This document shows, piece by piece, positions 37,742 to 46,593 of a stretch of DNA of 64,000 bases. A model generated the notes under the pieces. That model was not told the DNA's origin. It made no database searches and worked only from the letters and a program-made list of their open reading frames with translations. Every line of letters starts with the position of its first letter. Position 1 is the first letter of the stretch. Source of the stretch: Euryarchaeota archaeon UBA88 (lineage in GTDB: Archaea; Thermoplasmatota; Poseidoniia; Poseidoniales; Poseidoniaceae); assembly GCA_002499545.1 (NCBI GenBank), contig DAME01000002.1:5029-69028 (forward strand). The letters run 5' to 3'. The position numbers were made by a program, and so were the translations under genes.

Positions 37742-37753
37742 TCGATATATCGA
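37742..37753. promoter_or_regulatory. Perfect 12-bp palindrome TCGATATATCGA with a TATA-like core, upstream of the KaiC-like cluster
   Basis: It lies directly after the stop of the pilin-like gene and about 50-70 nt upstream of the first KaiC-like start codon. The ATATAT core could act as an archaeal TATA box. Confidence 0.3.
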
Positions 37754-38830
37754 TTAATTCCCCGGAGTTGGGGTTGACTGAATCGACCATGAAGAGGATG
37801 ATGTAGTGGAATTACCATCCCATTCCAGCGATTGCCCAAGGACCATGAACAGACCCGTGTCACCGCCCCATTCAATGCGACAAACATCGTACGGCATGGC
37901 TTCATCGATTTGCGTGTATCGGAGGGAGAGAACACCACCCCCATCTGCCAGGAGGTTTATCGAGCCAACCCCGAGGAAGGAATCTTGCGAAAGATCGATG
38001 ATTTGGGAGGCGTTACCAGATGCTTGTGTCGTAGAATCACCCGTCATGAGAACGGTCGAATGTCCTGAGATGACTCCGGATTTAAACAACAGATTGTTGC
38101 CGCCGGACGAGGTGGTATGATTCAGTGACCAGCCACGCAAGGAAAGGGCGAAGTCATTCGGATTATAGATTTCAATCCACTCTGGACCAGAGGCACTCGG
38201 ACGGACCATTACTTCAGTAACGTGGAGGTCATTGTTTTTGTTTCCACCCTTGTGAACTTCCAAGATAATCTGCAACAGTTCGCCTTCTTGTGAAAACTGA
38301 CGGTTCGCGGTTGAAGATGATGAGGCAGTTGAACGATCCGTTCCACCGGAGAAGACTTCGGTGCCTATCCGGTCCAGATTCGTGCTTTCTATCACAGTAA
38401 TCGACAGGTAAAGCGTGTACCCATCGTCCAATCCCAATCCAGCAGCCATGTTTTCTTCAGATACATTTTGCAACGCTCGGATTCGCTGGTGATCGAGAAT
38501 TCCATCGTTGATTAGGCCCGTCTGGACTCGTCCATCTTCCAATGATTCTGCGTCTGCAAGATGCCATTCGGAGGTTGCGTTCGGGTAATCCAAGGCGGTT
38601 TCCCCCATCGGAATAAACCATCCACCATCAGAAGTTAACCTGTCCAAACCCTGGACGGCTGAACGGTCGATGCGGTCTACATTTGGGTCGTTTGAACCCA
38701 TTTGCAGTTGAGCAAGAGAGAGAAATGCAGTGAGAATCATCAAGAAGAGTGCGAATGCAGAGAGGAATTCAATCACGGCTGTGAGGGCTGTTTCGTCTCT
38801 TTTCAGGGACTGAGAGGCCTCAACTCGCAT
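37754..38830 (-). CDS. Type IV pilin-like (class III signal peptide-like N-terminus) protein with a C-terminal lamin-tail domain (LTD)
   Basis: N-terminus MRVEASQSLKRDETALTAVIEFLSAFALFLMILTAFL. LTD signature LHVTEVMVRPSASGPEWIEIYNPNDFALSLRGWSL. ATG 38830 is preferred because the long ORF start (38950) would abut the divergent gene. Confidence 0.6.
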   Translation of the reverse strand: MRVEASQSLKRDETALTAVIEFLSAFALFLMILTAFLSLAQLQMGSNDPNVDRIDRSAVQGLDRLTSDGGWFIPMGETALDYPNATSEWHLADAESLEDGRVQTGLINDGILDHQRIRALQNVSEENMAAGLGLDDGYTLYLSITVIESTNLDRIGTEVFSGGTDRSTASSSSTANRQFSQEGELLQIILEVHKGGNKNNDLHVTEVMVRPSASGPEWIEIYNPNDFALSLRGWSLNHTTSSGGNNLLFKSGVISGHSTVLMTGDSTTQASGNASQIIDLSQDSFLGVGSINLLADGGGVLSLRYTQIDEAMPYDVCRIEWGGDTGLFMVLGQSLEWDGNSTTSSSSWSIQSTPTPGN

Positions 38831-38950
38831 GAGCAGAGGTAGAGACGGGGATTGAAGAGGTTGCCGCATGGATAGGTTCCAAATCGGCAAATTATGGCAT
38901 CCAAGCCCCCTTCGGGGGCGATGAGTCTTTGAAGCCCCCCTGCGAGGCAT

Positions 38951-41908
38951 ATGTTAATGTCGCAACCCGACCGCAGTCATTTAGCCCGAAAATGGGAGAG
39001 TTTCTCGATGGTTGCACTGCTTCTTGTGGCATCGCTGACAGGCATCTTGCTCGTGCCAGCCGTGAGTGCTGCTGAACCGGGTGATTTGGCGATTCAATCA
39101 ACCCTTAATCCAGTCGAGGACGAATGGATTTCATCGTGGGATTCGATTCTTTTCACTGCTACGGTAGAAAACCAAGGATTGCAGGACATCTCCAACCGCG
39201 CTATGTGGTGGTACGCTTGCGAAGGCGAAGTCGACGCATCCATCTGTAAATCAAATTATGACGAGCGTGGAAGTTTGTTGATTCCGCTACTGTATTCCGG
39301 CTCTACTGAAACAGTTTCTGCATCGTCAGAATGGAATCCTTCCGGCGATGAAGGAATATACACCATTGTGTACTCATTTGACGTTGTCGACCAAGACCCC
39401 TCCGACGACGTATTCTCGTACAGCATCAACCTCACGCAATCGTTCGTCGATTTGGCGATTGACACCTCATACAATCCGACCAACGAAACCTCCGGCCTCT
39501 CAACCTACAATGACGCCCTTATTTTCAACACAGACACCGATTATTCGTTCAATGCCAAAGGCGAAGTGTCCGCATGTGGAACCTGCAACTTTGTTGCTCA
39601 AATTGGCTGGCAACTTTGGAACTCTGGGCAATCAGTCATGATTTCGGAATCGTATACCAACGTCACCAATCTACCTTCATGGGGTGGAGTTTCTCCCTTT
39701 ACCCGAGCGTTACCCTCCTTCAACCATGATTCCCAAGGTACGTTTTTCTTCATGTGGGGACTGTTTGGAAGCACAGGTACGCCATACGGCGATTTGAATC
39801 CGCTGAACGATATCACGGGTGTTCCAATCACGCTCAACGATGCACTTGACATTCAGGCAACTTCGATGGCTCCTGGCCACGATTCAACATCGATGAATTA
39901 TTTCTACGGCGAAGACATGGTTTCCGTTGAAGTCTCAAACAAGGGCAACATCAGTGTAAGTGAAGTCAACGTCGCATTCCAAGTGTACGATCCAATCGGT
40001 GATGTTGATTATGAAACGCAATGTAAGCTTCTCGATTTCATGCCAGGTGAAACCCGAACCTGTCTTTTCGACATTACCGTTGTTGGTGCTGGACGAACCC
40101 TTACGATTAGCATACCCGTTTCGTTCGTTGAAGGCACAGACATCAACATGGGTGACAATTCGCTAAGCGAAACAACCGACCTCATCGCAGGTGAAATTGG
40201 CGCAAGCATCCAACGCCATAATTCAATCAATTCCTACACGACTGGTGACCAAATCATGATGACTGCTCGTACCAGCAACACTGCACCGGGTCCGATGAAT
40301 TACTCATGGTGGGTATCTGGAATCATCAACATTGGATACGGCAAGCACCTCAATGTAAGTGGCGCAGTCTTGGGACTTGGAGACCACACAATCACCCTAC
40401 GAGTCACCGATACATTCGGGGAACTTGAATCGGTCCACACAGACATTTCACTGTTCAACTATGTCTCATTGGACAACGAACCACTCTTCACAGGCGAAGC
40501 AATGACGCAATCCGCATCCTACTTCGAACATTCGTCATCACTCCCCGTTTTAGGAACCCAATACAGCATAGGAGAAGGAAAGCAACCTCTGCTGCTGCTG
40601 TCGTTTGAGATTCTCTCGGAACTCGATGATTCACCCAATACGGGATTGGATACGATGGATATCAGACTGAACATGTCAGCTCTGCTTCCCACCAATATCC
40701 CACTGGAAACAGTTGACATCCGCATGCTCTCATCGATGGATGATAACGTGTGGACCTTCGCAGAAGAATATACCAGCAATGCGGACGGAACATTCGATGT
40801 AGTGCTCCGTGAAAATGGTGTAATCCTCATCATCGGCGAAGCCCCTGCTGCGAACCTCACCAGTGGTAACCTCACCAAAACGATGCTTCCCGGAGGCGTA
40901 ATCGAACTCAGTTGGAACGCAAGCGGCGATATCGATAATCCATATGTCGGAAACTGGAACATCTACAGACTTTCGGTAATCAACGGTGCTGGAACTATTT
41001 TCCCCGACCCAGAACTCAATTTCAATTTGTTCATCTGGGAGCAATTGACCGTTGGGGCACTGATTGGACAGGCAGACATTTCCGACCAATCGTTCGTCGA
41101 CCCAACAGCACTCAACTCAAGCACGTGTGCATCATACGCTATCATGCCTTCAGACCGGGAAGGAACACCCGACTTCGGCAATATCCAAATTTCGAGAGAC
41201 GCAAACGGGCAAACCAGTGCGTTTTGTGGAGACGCTATTCCTCCGAGTACGTCTGTCACGAATTTTGTTGCCACTACATCGTTCACCAACAGTACAGACT
41301 GCTTCAAACTCGAAAATAACTGGGACATGTGTTACGACATGAACATGACGTGGGTGTGGCCAGCGAACGAACCAACTGGAGTTGTTTCATGGAACCTTTA
41401 CAGAACCGAACAACAGCCGTCACAAATTGATTTATCCTATATTGAACCAATTCTTGAAGGCTTGACTGGAACCCCGGGAGAGACAGGATTCTACAACCAA
41501 TCTGGAGAAACTGACGACATGATTCGACCTTACAGGACGCTGTATTATGTCCTCGCACCTGTCGACTCCGTCGGAAACGAATTGTACATTGCGAACTATC
41601 CAACGAATTCAGTTCGCGTCGTCATTGTGGATGAATGGTGGGACTACAACCAGCACCTCATACCTCTCCCACCAGAGGAACCTGAACCACCACTCGGCGT
41701 TGAATGGCTTGGAACCCTGACCGATTACATGGAAGAAGACGAATTCACAATCACAGGACTTGTCACGTTGATCACCTTGGTCATCAGTCTGATTTCACTA
41801 CCACTGATTGTGAAAAAGCGCAAGCGACTCTCCAGAGTGATGGCTGCACGGCGTAAGAGAGCTGGCGGCAACATCTCGAAAGATGAGTTCGATGACTTCT
41901 TCGATTGA
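38951..41908 (+). CDS. Large secreted surface protein (CARDB-like and PKD-like domains) with a C-terminal TM anchor and basic tail
   Basis: Signal peptide MVALLLVASLTGILLVPAVSAAEP. CARDB-like PGDLAIQS...FTATVENQG. PKD-like NYSWW...GDHTITLRVTDTFGE. C-terminal ITGLVTLITLVISLISLPLIV-KKRKR. Alternative start at 39008. Confidence 0.7.
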   Translation: MLMSQPDRSHLARKWESFSMVALLLVASLTGILLVPAVSAAEPGDLAIQSTLNPVEDEWISSWDSILFTATVENQGLQDISNRAMWWYACEGEVDASICKSNYDERGSLLIPLLYSGSTETVSASSEWNPSGDEGIYTIVYSFDVVDQDPSDDVFSYSINLTQSFVDLAIDTSYNPTNETSGLSTYNDALIFNTDTDYSFNAKGEVSACGTCNFVAQIGWQLWNSGQSVMISESYTNVTNLPSWGGVSPFTRALPSFNHDSQGTFFFMWGLFGSTGTPYGDLNPLNDITGVPITLNDALDIQATSMAPGHDSTSMNYFYGEDMVSVEVSNKGNISVSEVNVAFQVYDPIGDVDYETQCKLLDFMPGETRTCLFDITVVGAGRTLTISIPVSFVEGTDINMGDNSLSETTDLIAGEIGASIQRHNSINSYTTGDQIMMTARTSNTAPGPMNYSWWVSGIINIGYGKHLNVSGAVLGLGDHTITLRVTDTFGELESVHTDISLFNYVSLDNEPLFTGEAMTQSASYFEHSSSLPVLGTQYSIGEGKQPLLLLSFEILSELDDSPNTGLDTMDIRLNMSALLPTNIPLETVDIRMLSSMDDNVWTFAEEYTSNADGTFDVVLRENGVILIIGEAPAANLTSGNLTKTMLPGGVIELSWNASGDIDNPYVGNWNIYRLSVINGAGTIFPDPELNFNLFIWEQLTVGALIGQADISDQSFVDPTALNSSTCASYAIMPSDREGTPDFGNIQISRDANGQTSAFCGDAIPPSTSVTNFVATTSFTNSTDCFKLENNWDMCYDMNMTWVWPANEPTGVVSWNLYRTEQQPSQIDLSYIEPILEGLTGTPGETGFYNQSGETDDMIRPYRTLYYVLAPVDSVGNELYIANYPTNSVRVVIVDEWWDYNQHLIPLPPEEPEPPLGVEWLGTLTDYMEEDEFTITGLVTLITLVISLISLPLIVKKRKRLSRVMAARRKRAGGNISKDEFDDFFD

Positions 41909-41995
41909 TGGCGCGGCAGGGGAGATTTGAACTCCCGAGGTGAGACACCACTGGATTAGCAATCCAGCGCAATGGCCAGGCTATGCGACTGCCGC
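41909..41995 (-). tRNA. tRNA-Ser (anticodon GCU), class II with a long variable arm and genomically encoded CCA
   Basis: Hand-folded. Acceptor GCGGCAG/CTGCCGC. 3-bp D stem with a GG loop. Anticodon stem CTGGA/TCCAG with loop TTGCTAA. Variable arm GGTG-TCT-CACC. T arm GGGAG-TTCAAAT-CTCCC. Discriminator G, then CCA. Confidence 0.9.
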
Positions 41996-42073
41996 AGTAA
42001 GCCGCCGACCGTCGAGACAGTCATGAACATGACGGTCAAGGAAGTTCGCAGTATTCAGCATCAAAAGGCCACG

Positions 42074-43096
42074 TCAAGCCAGTGGACCCAATGGACCGAG
42101 CCATTCAGGAGGAATCACGCACACAGCCACGAGGGCAAGATGCATGTATCCGAGATAAAACAGTGAACGGAAAAACGAGCGGGCAGCTTTGGGCATCCGA
42201 CCGTTTTCCTCCAGGGGCTCGAAGGGGTCGATATCCCATACGGACTTTGCATACCATATGCTCAACCCACCGGCTAAAAATGCCCATGCCAGAGGCAAGC
42301 CGGATTGGGGCCAAAAGCACGGCACTGAGCCCAGAAGAAGCAAAAATATGCAGTACATTTTCGACTCTCGAACAGTACGATTGGGGCCTTTTACTTCATT
42401 CATCATAGGAACATTGACTCGCCCATATTCACCTGAACGGTACAACGCAAGGGCCCAAAAATGTGGAGGGGTCCAGAAGAAGATGAGCAGGAACAGCATC
42501 CAGGGAATCGGCGAACCGAGGTCAAACGGATTGTTTGAATCAATGGTAGCCGCAGCAGCACACGCCCAGCCAATCAATGGAGGGGTTGCACCGGCAATAC
42601 CACCTATCACGATGTTTTGCGGTGTACGGCGCTTCAGCCACATGGTGTAGATTAAGACGTAAAAAGCGACGGAGAAAAACGACCAAAAAGCAGCTTTCCA
42701 ATGAATCAAAAAGAACAGCGAGGAACCGAGTAGACTGATGATAATACCGAAGATAAGCGCGCCTTGAGCGGAAATATGACCTTGCGGAACGGGACGATTC
42801 CTCGTTCGGCGCATGTTCGGGTCAATATCCGAATCATACCACATGTTGATCGACATCGAACCTCCAGCCGACAACGTACCTGCAACGACCGTGATGAGGG
42901 TCGAATATGCTGTATCTAACCACGTTCTCTCGACGTCGAGTAAACCGTGCCGTGCAAGTAAATCGTGAACGAGTACTGCACATACGGCGGTGATTTGCAG
43001 AAGAAGTATCACCCGAAGTTTCATCAATCGGGCGAAGACTTTGAGCCATCCCGGAAACGGTTCTAAATCGTCGTGATTTGCAGCAGCCATGGTCAC
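42074..43096 (-). CDS. ctaB: Protoheme IX farnesyltransferase (heme O synthase)
   Basis: UbiA-family motif NMWYDSDIDPNMRRTRNRPVPQG, with about nine TM helices. Confidence 0.9.
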   Translation of the reverse strand: MTMAAANHDDLEPFPGWLKVFARLMKLRVILLLQITAVCAVLVHDLLARHGLLDVERTWLDTAYSTLITVVAGTLSAGGSMSINMWYDSDIDPNMRRTRNRPVPQGHISAQGALIFGIIISLLGSSLFFLIHWKAAFWSFFSVAFYVLIYTMWLKRRTPQNIVIGGIAGATPPLIGWACAAAATIDSNNPFDLGSPIPWMLFLLIFFWTPPHFWALALYRSGEYGRVNVPMMNEVKGPNRTVRESKMYCIFLLLLGSVPCFWPQSGLPLAWAFLAGGLSIWYAKSVWDIDPFEPLEENGRMPKAARSFFRSLFYLGYMHLALVAVCVIPPEWLGPLGPLA

Positions 43097-44196
43097 TCAG
43101 CCTCGTCATCGACAGCCGGTCCCGCACTTAATCTCATAAAAAATGAGGCCGTCAATGCGACTTGCAGACACAGCACGCCAACCACCAAATGAACCAACGA
43201 AAGTGTTTCAGGGAAATCGTCCATTTTTGCGAAAATCAAGTACGATGCACCAACCATGAGATTGAGAAACCAAATGCCCGAAACGACGTCTGTGATGCGT
43301 GAAATGGTTGGTGTCACGGCGTGTTGCCGTGCTTCTGAACGAAGCCGTGCAGAGCCTGCAAGCAGTATGAAACCGGCGATTAAGGCGCCGAAACGATGAA
43401 CCATCTGAACCAAAACACCGGGTCCATCGAGCGATGGGAGGATGGCGCCGTTGCACTTTGGCCAACCGTTTGGGAAGCCGATAGAGCACGCTTGATTGTA
43501 CTGGCCGCCAGCGGTTGATGAGACCCATGCTCCAAGAATCAACAAAGTGAACACCGCCCCGGTCATGGCATCGACTCGAGAGCGATTCTTCGAGATGAAC
43601 TCAGTATTCATCCGGAACAACGCCCAATCAGCACCTTCTTTTTGACGCATCGCAACGTGTTGGTAGATGAACGTCGAAGTGAAAATTGAGGCCATCGAGA
43701 GATGCAGGGCTACAGACCAATCGATGTTATCAAAAGCGACGGTTACAGCCCCAATGATAGCCTGAATAATCAAAAGAATTCCCGACAAAATACTCGATTT
43801 GAGAACGCCCGAGCCATACACGTTCCGCATTTTGTAAGCGACAATTGCATTCACCAGGACAGGAATGGCAATTACGGCGACGAGGAATCGGTGAAACCAT
43901 TCGGAAAAAATCTCAAAGGTGGTGTATCGATGTTCAGCACCTCTCGAATCAATCTCATCGGGATTTTCCTCCCAGTAGGCACCTTGCTGGTCTGGATTGA
44001 TATCGAAACCCCACGTTCCAAAGCATTGAGGCCAATCTGGGCATGATTCACCAGCATCATTGATGCGAATTGTACCCCCTGCAATGATGATACAAATCGC
44101 CATCAAAAAAAGGACAATTGGCAGAGTTGAAGGCCGTCGCACCCAACTTCCCCCCATGGGTGATGGTGGGAGCAGACCCCTTTTGAACACATTCAT
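43093..44196 (-). CDS. ctaA: Heme A synthase (CtaA/COX15 family)
   Basis: The motif GESCPDWPQCFG, His-bearing TM helices, and a 4-nt overlap with ctaB. The start is uncertain: ATG 44196 or 44157; the ORF opens at 44280. Confidence 0.8.
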   Translation of the reverse strand: MNVFKRGLLPPSPMGGSWVRRPSTLPIVLFLMAICIIIAGGTIRINDAGESCPDWPQCFGTWGFDINPDQQGAYWEENPDEIDSRGAEHRYTTFEIFSEWFHRFLVAVIAIPVLVNAIVAYKMRNVYGSGVLKSSILSGILLIIQAIIGAVTVAFDNIDWSVALHLSMASIFTSTFIYQHVAMRQKEGADWALFRMNTEFISKNRSRVDAMTGAVFTLLILGAWVSSTAGGQYNQACSIGFPNGWPKCNGAILPSLDGPGVLVQMVHRFGALIAGFILLAGSARLRSEARQHAVTPTISRITDVVSGIWFLNLMVGASYLIFAKMDDFPETLSLVHLVVGVLCLQVALTASFFMRLSAGPAVDDEAE

Positions 44197-44208
44197 TATG
44201 CCACAAAC

Positions 44209-45117
44209 ATGTCGCAGAAGTCCGTTCGGTTTTTGACCGCTGTACTGGTTTGCATCTTGATGGTGATTTACCTGCCACAAGAAGCAGCGGTTGCGGCTGA
44301 AGAACCAGTGAATGCAGCGATGTATGATGTCATGATTCTCAGCTCAGAATGTGACGAAAATTCATCGGCGTGTCATGGCGAGCGCGTTGAGCATTTGGTT
44401 GAATACTACGGGGCTGATTGGTGTGAACCTTGCGAGTTGATCGAACATGAACTTGACCTGCTCAACTCATCCAATACGTTCGTGATTCAACACCACCCAT
44501 CTCCTGCCGATGCCTCGTTCCTGAGCGACTCACGCATCAGATTCGTTGAAGAACACCGATTGCTGTTTTTACCCAGTATCGTCCTTGACGGTGAAGGCCT
44601 CTTGAGTGGCTCAAGCCAAGGGCTGGAATTGTCAAATGCGCTCAGTATTCGTGAAACAAATTACAGCGGGCTTTCAAATGTCATACTCAACGGTTCAATA
44701 CTGAGCTGGGAGGCTGATAGAGGCGACCGAGTTACCGTCTGGCGTACCGACGCTGTCGACCACCAAAATCGAAATCGAACTCACCCAACTCTCGCTACCG
44801 CCCAACTTTCATTCAATGCGACGGATGAAGTAGGAAATATTTCATCGATTCTTGAAAATGAAAACAGTACCTTTGTCGTGATTTTAGAACAGTCTGGAGA
44901 GTATGCTTTGGTCAGCGATTCACTCAACCCTTCTATCGGAATCGATGTGTTTGATGAAGCGCCATCAACTGCTGTCAAGAATGCGCAATCGACCCCTCCA
45001 AGTCAAGTTGCTACGCTGTGGACAATCGTACTCGTCGCCAGTTTGTTACCTGCTATCTACATGCGATATTCGATTGCTTCAAAGCCCCCGAGTGCTCCTT
45101 TGCAACAAGAAGAATAG
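44209..45117 (+). CDS. Membrane-anchored thioredoxin-fold protein (WCxxC)
   Basis: Signal/anchor VRFLTAVLVCILMVIYLP, the redox motif YYGADWCEPCELIEHEL, and a C-terminal TM TLWTIVLVASLLPAIYM. Confidence 0.55.
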   Translation: MSQKSVRFLTAVLVCILMVIYLPQEAAVAAEEPVNAAMYDVMILSSECDENSSACHGERVEHLVEYYGADWCEPCELIEHELDLLNSSNTFVIQHHPSPADASFLSDSRIRFVEEHRLLFLPSIVLDGEGLLSGSSQGLELSNALSIRETNYSGLSNVILNGSILSWEADRGDRVTVWRTDAVDHQNRNRTHPTLATAQLSFNATDEVGNISSILENENSTFVVILEQSGEYALVSDSLNPSIGIDVFDEAPSTAVKNAQSTPPSQVATLWTIVLVASLLPAIYMRYSIASKPPSAPLQQEE

Positions 45118-45193
45118 GTGAAATTCATCGATTGATGAAGGGGTTAGGTTCAAGAACAGTAGACAGGTCGCACAACTGCGAGTCTACTCGTCG

Positions 45194-45457
45194 GTGTCAA
45201 AAATGGTCAAGCCAGCACGTCTCCACACACGATTTGAAAGAGCCCGAATTATTGGTGCACGCGCACTTCAGATTGGAATGGGTGCTCCGCTGTATGCCAA
45301 CGAAGAAGTTCTCCGTGAAGCGTTTATGGAAGAGCTCGTTTCGCTCTACGGACTTGAAGAAGCATCGGTCCGATTCGTTCTTGACCCGCTCAAGATTGCT
45401 CTGTATGAATACGAGCACGAACTCATCCCGATCGATATCGACCCGCACTTGGATTGA
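45194..45457 (+). CDS. rpoK: DNA-directed RNA polymerase subunit K (Rpo6)
   Basis: LHTRFERARIIGARALQIGMGAP is the conserved Rpo6/omega core. Confidence 0.85.
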   Translation: MSKMVKPARLHTRFERARIIGARALQIGMGAPLYANEEVLREAFMEELVSLYGLEEASVRFVLDPLKIALYEYEHELIPIDIDPHLD

Positions 45458-45458
45458 A

Positions 45459-46553
45459 TCAATCGTTTGCCGCAAAACCGTAGAAGGTCGAGTCGTCAAC
45501 GGGTGGTAGATTATCCTGTTTCACAAGCAGTGTGCGAACCGCCCACAAATCGACAAAGACCCGATACTTGGTCGTAGCATCCAGATAATCAACTCCGCTG
45601 GAGCCACCCGTTCCCATTCGTCGACCAATCATTCGCTCAACCATTCGTGCATGCGCTGAACGGAACAAAAGCATTGATTGTTCGAGAGCGACGAATGAAT
45701 CGATGAGTTTACGTGGCCATGCCAAGAGTGGTAAATCCCGGTATGATTCAATGAACAGCAGTCCTGCACGTGAACGTGATACAACGCCCTCGGGCCGTAG
45801 GAAATCAGCAGCCTGCACGGTTGCTGCTTCAATTCGACCACGAACGGGGGCTTCTTCCCCATGCCCGATAGCCACGATATGAGCAATGACCTGCTCACCA
45901 TGCTCACGCATCGCCTCAAGATGATCATCGACGAAAGCCTCAACGATTTCAGAATCCTTAGAAGAGTCCGCTAATGAACCGTTAATCGGGGTACGAGCCA
46001 GCCAAGCCGAGAGACTTTCTCGAAGAGAAGGTTGAGACGATGTGGCTTCAAAATCGGAAAGCACTGATGCACTGACTTTTCCTTCATTGGCCATCTTGCG
46101 CATGTGTTCGAGCGGGTCCATACCTCCCATTCGCTGGGAATTCTCAAGACCGAGAAGGACCTCAAGCTCCCTCATCTGCCACGATTCAAAACCTGATGAG
46201 GTTCCTAATTTGTCACGGAATGCCAAAAAGTCCTGCGGTGCAAGGGTTTCCATGACTTTCCATTGGTTTGACAGCAATCGGAAGATTTCAGTCACTCGTT
46301 CAAGGTGGTGGACCATCTTCGGCAACTTCTCCTCAGGTACGTGTTCTTGGTTGAGAAGCACGTGAGCTTCCTTAAGTTCGCGTAAGATCAGTTTGAACCA
46401 AAGTTCGAATGCTTGATGGACGATAATGAAATGCTGTTCGTCGTTGCACGGCGCAGGACTGTATCCTTCTGGACCATTCTGGAGCGCTAGTAATTCATCC
46501 AACTGAAGATATCCGCCATAGGTCATGCGGTGTCCGGGAGTGCCTTCGGTCAT
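45459..46553 (-). CDS. kynA: Tryptophan 2,3-dioxygenase
   Basis: YGGYLQLDELLALQ and DEQHFIIVHQAFELWFKLILRELKEA match the TDO signature. ATG 46553; the ORF opens at GTG 46589. Confidence 0.8.
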   Translation of the reverse strand: MTEGTPGHRMTYGGYLQLDELLALQNGPEGYSPAPCNDEQHFIIVHQAFELWFKLILRELKEAHVLLNQEHVPEEKLPKMVHHLERVTEIFRLLSNQWKVMETLAPQDFLAFRDKLGTSSGFESWQMRELEVLLGLENSQRMGGMDPLEHMRKMANEGKVSASVLSDFEATSSQPSLRESLSAWLARTPINGSLADSSKDSEIVEAFVDDHLEAMREHGEQVIAHIVAIGHGEEAPVRGRIEAATVQAADFLRPEGVVSRSRAGLLFIESYRDLPLLAWPRKLIDSFVALEQSMLLFRSAHARMVERMIGRRMGTGGSSGVDYLDATTKYRVFVDLWAVRTLLVKQDNLPPVDDSTFYGFAAND

Positions 46554-46593
46554 GATTTGACATTGGAGCCAAGCCCTTGAACTCTTCACCTGC

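Noticed and set aside
35492-38830. KaiC-like genes plus a pilin-like gene as an archaellum (arl/fla) operon
   Set aside because: No ArlI (secretion ATPase), ArlJ (platform) or archaellin genes are present. Two of the KaiC-like genes are degenerate. The cluster is therefore not a recognisable archaellum or complete type IV pilus locus.
41909-41995. tRNA-Ser as the attachment site of an integrated element or genomic island
   Set aside because: There is no integrase, no duplicated tRNA 3' fragment, and no shift to phage or plasmid-like genes on either side. The flanks are ctaB and a chromosomal surface protein.
45018-45509. 163-aa ORF overlapping rpoK in another frame
   Set aside because: rpoK has a strong conserved core in its own frame. 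The alternative ORF has no motifs and spans two convergent genes.
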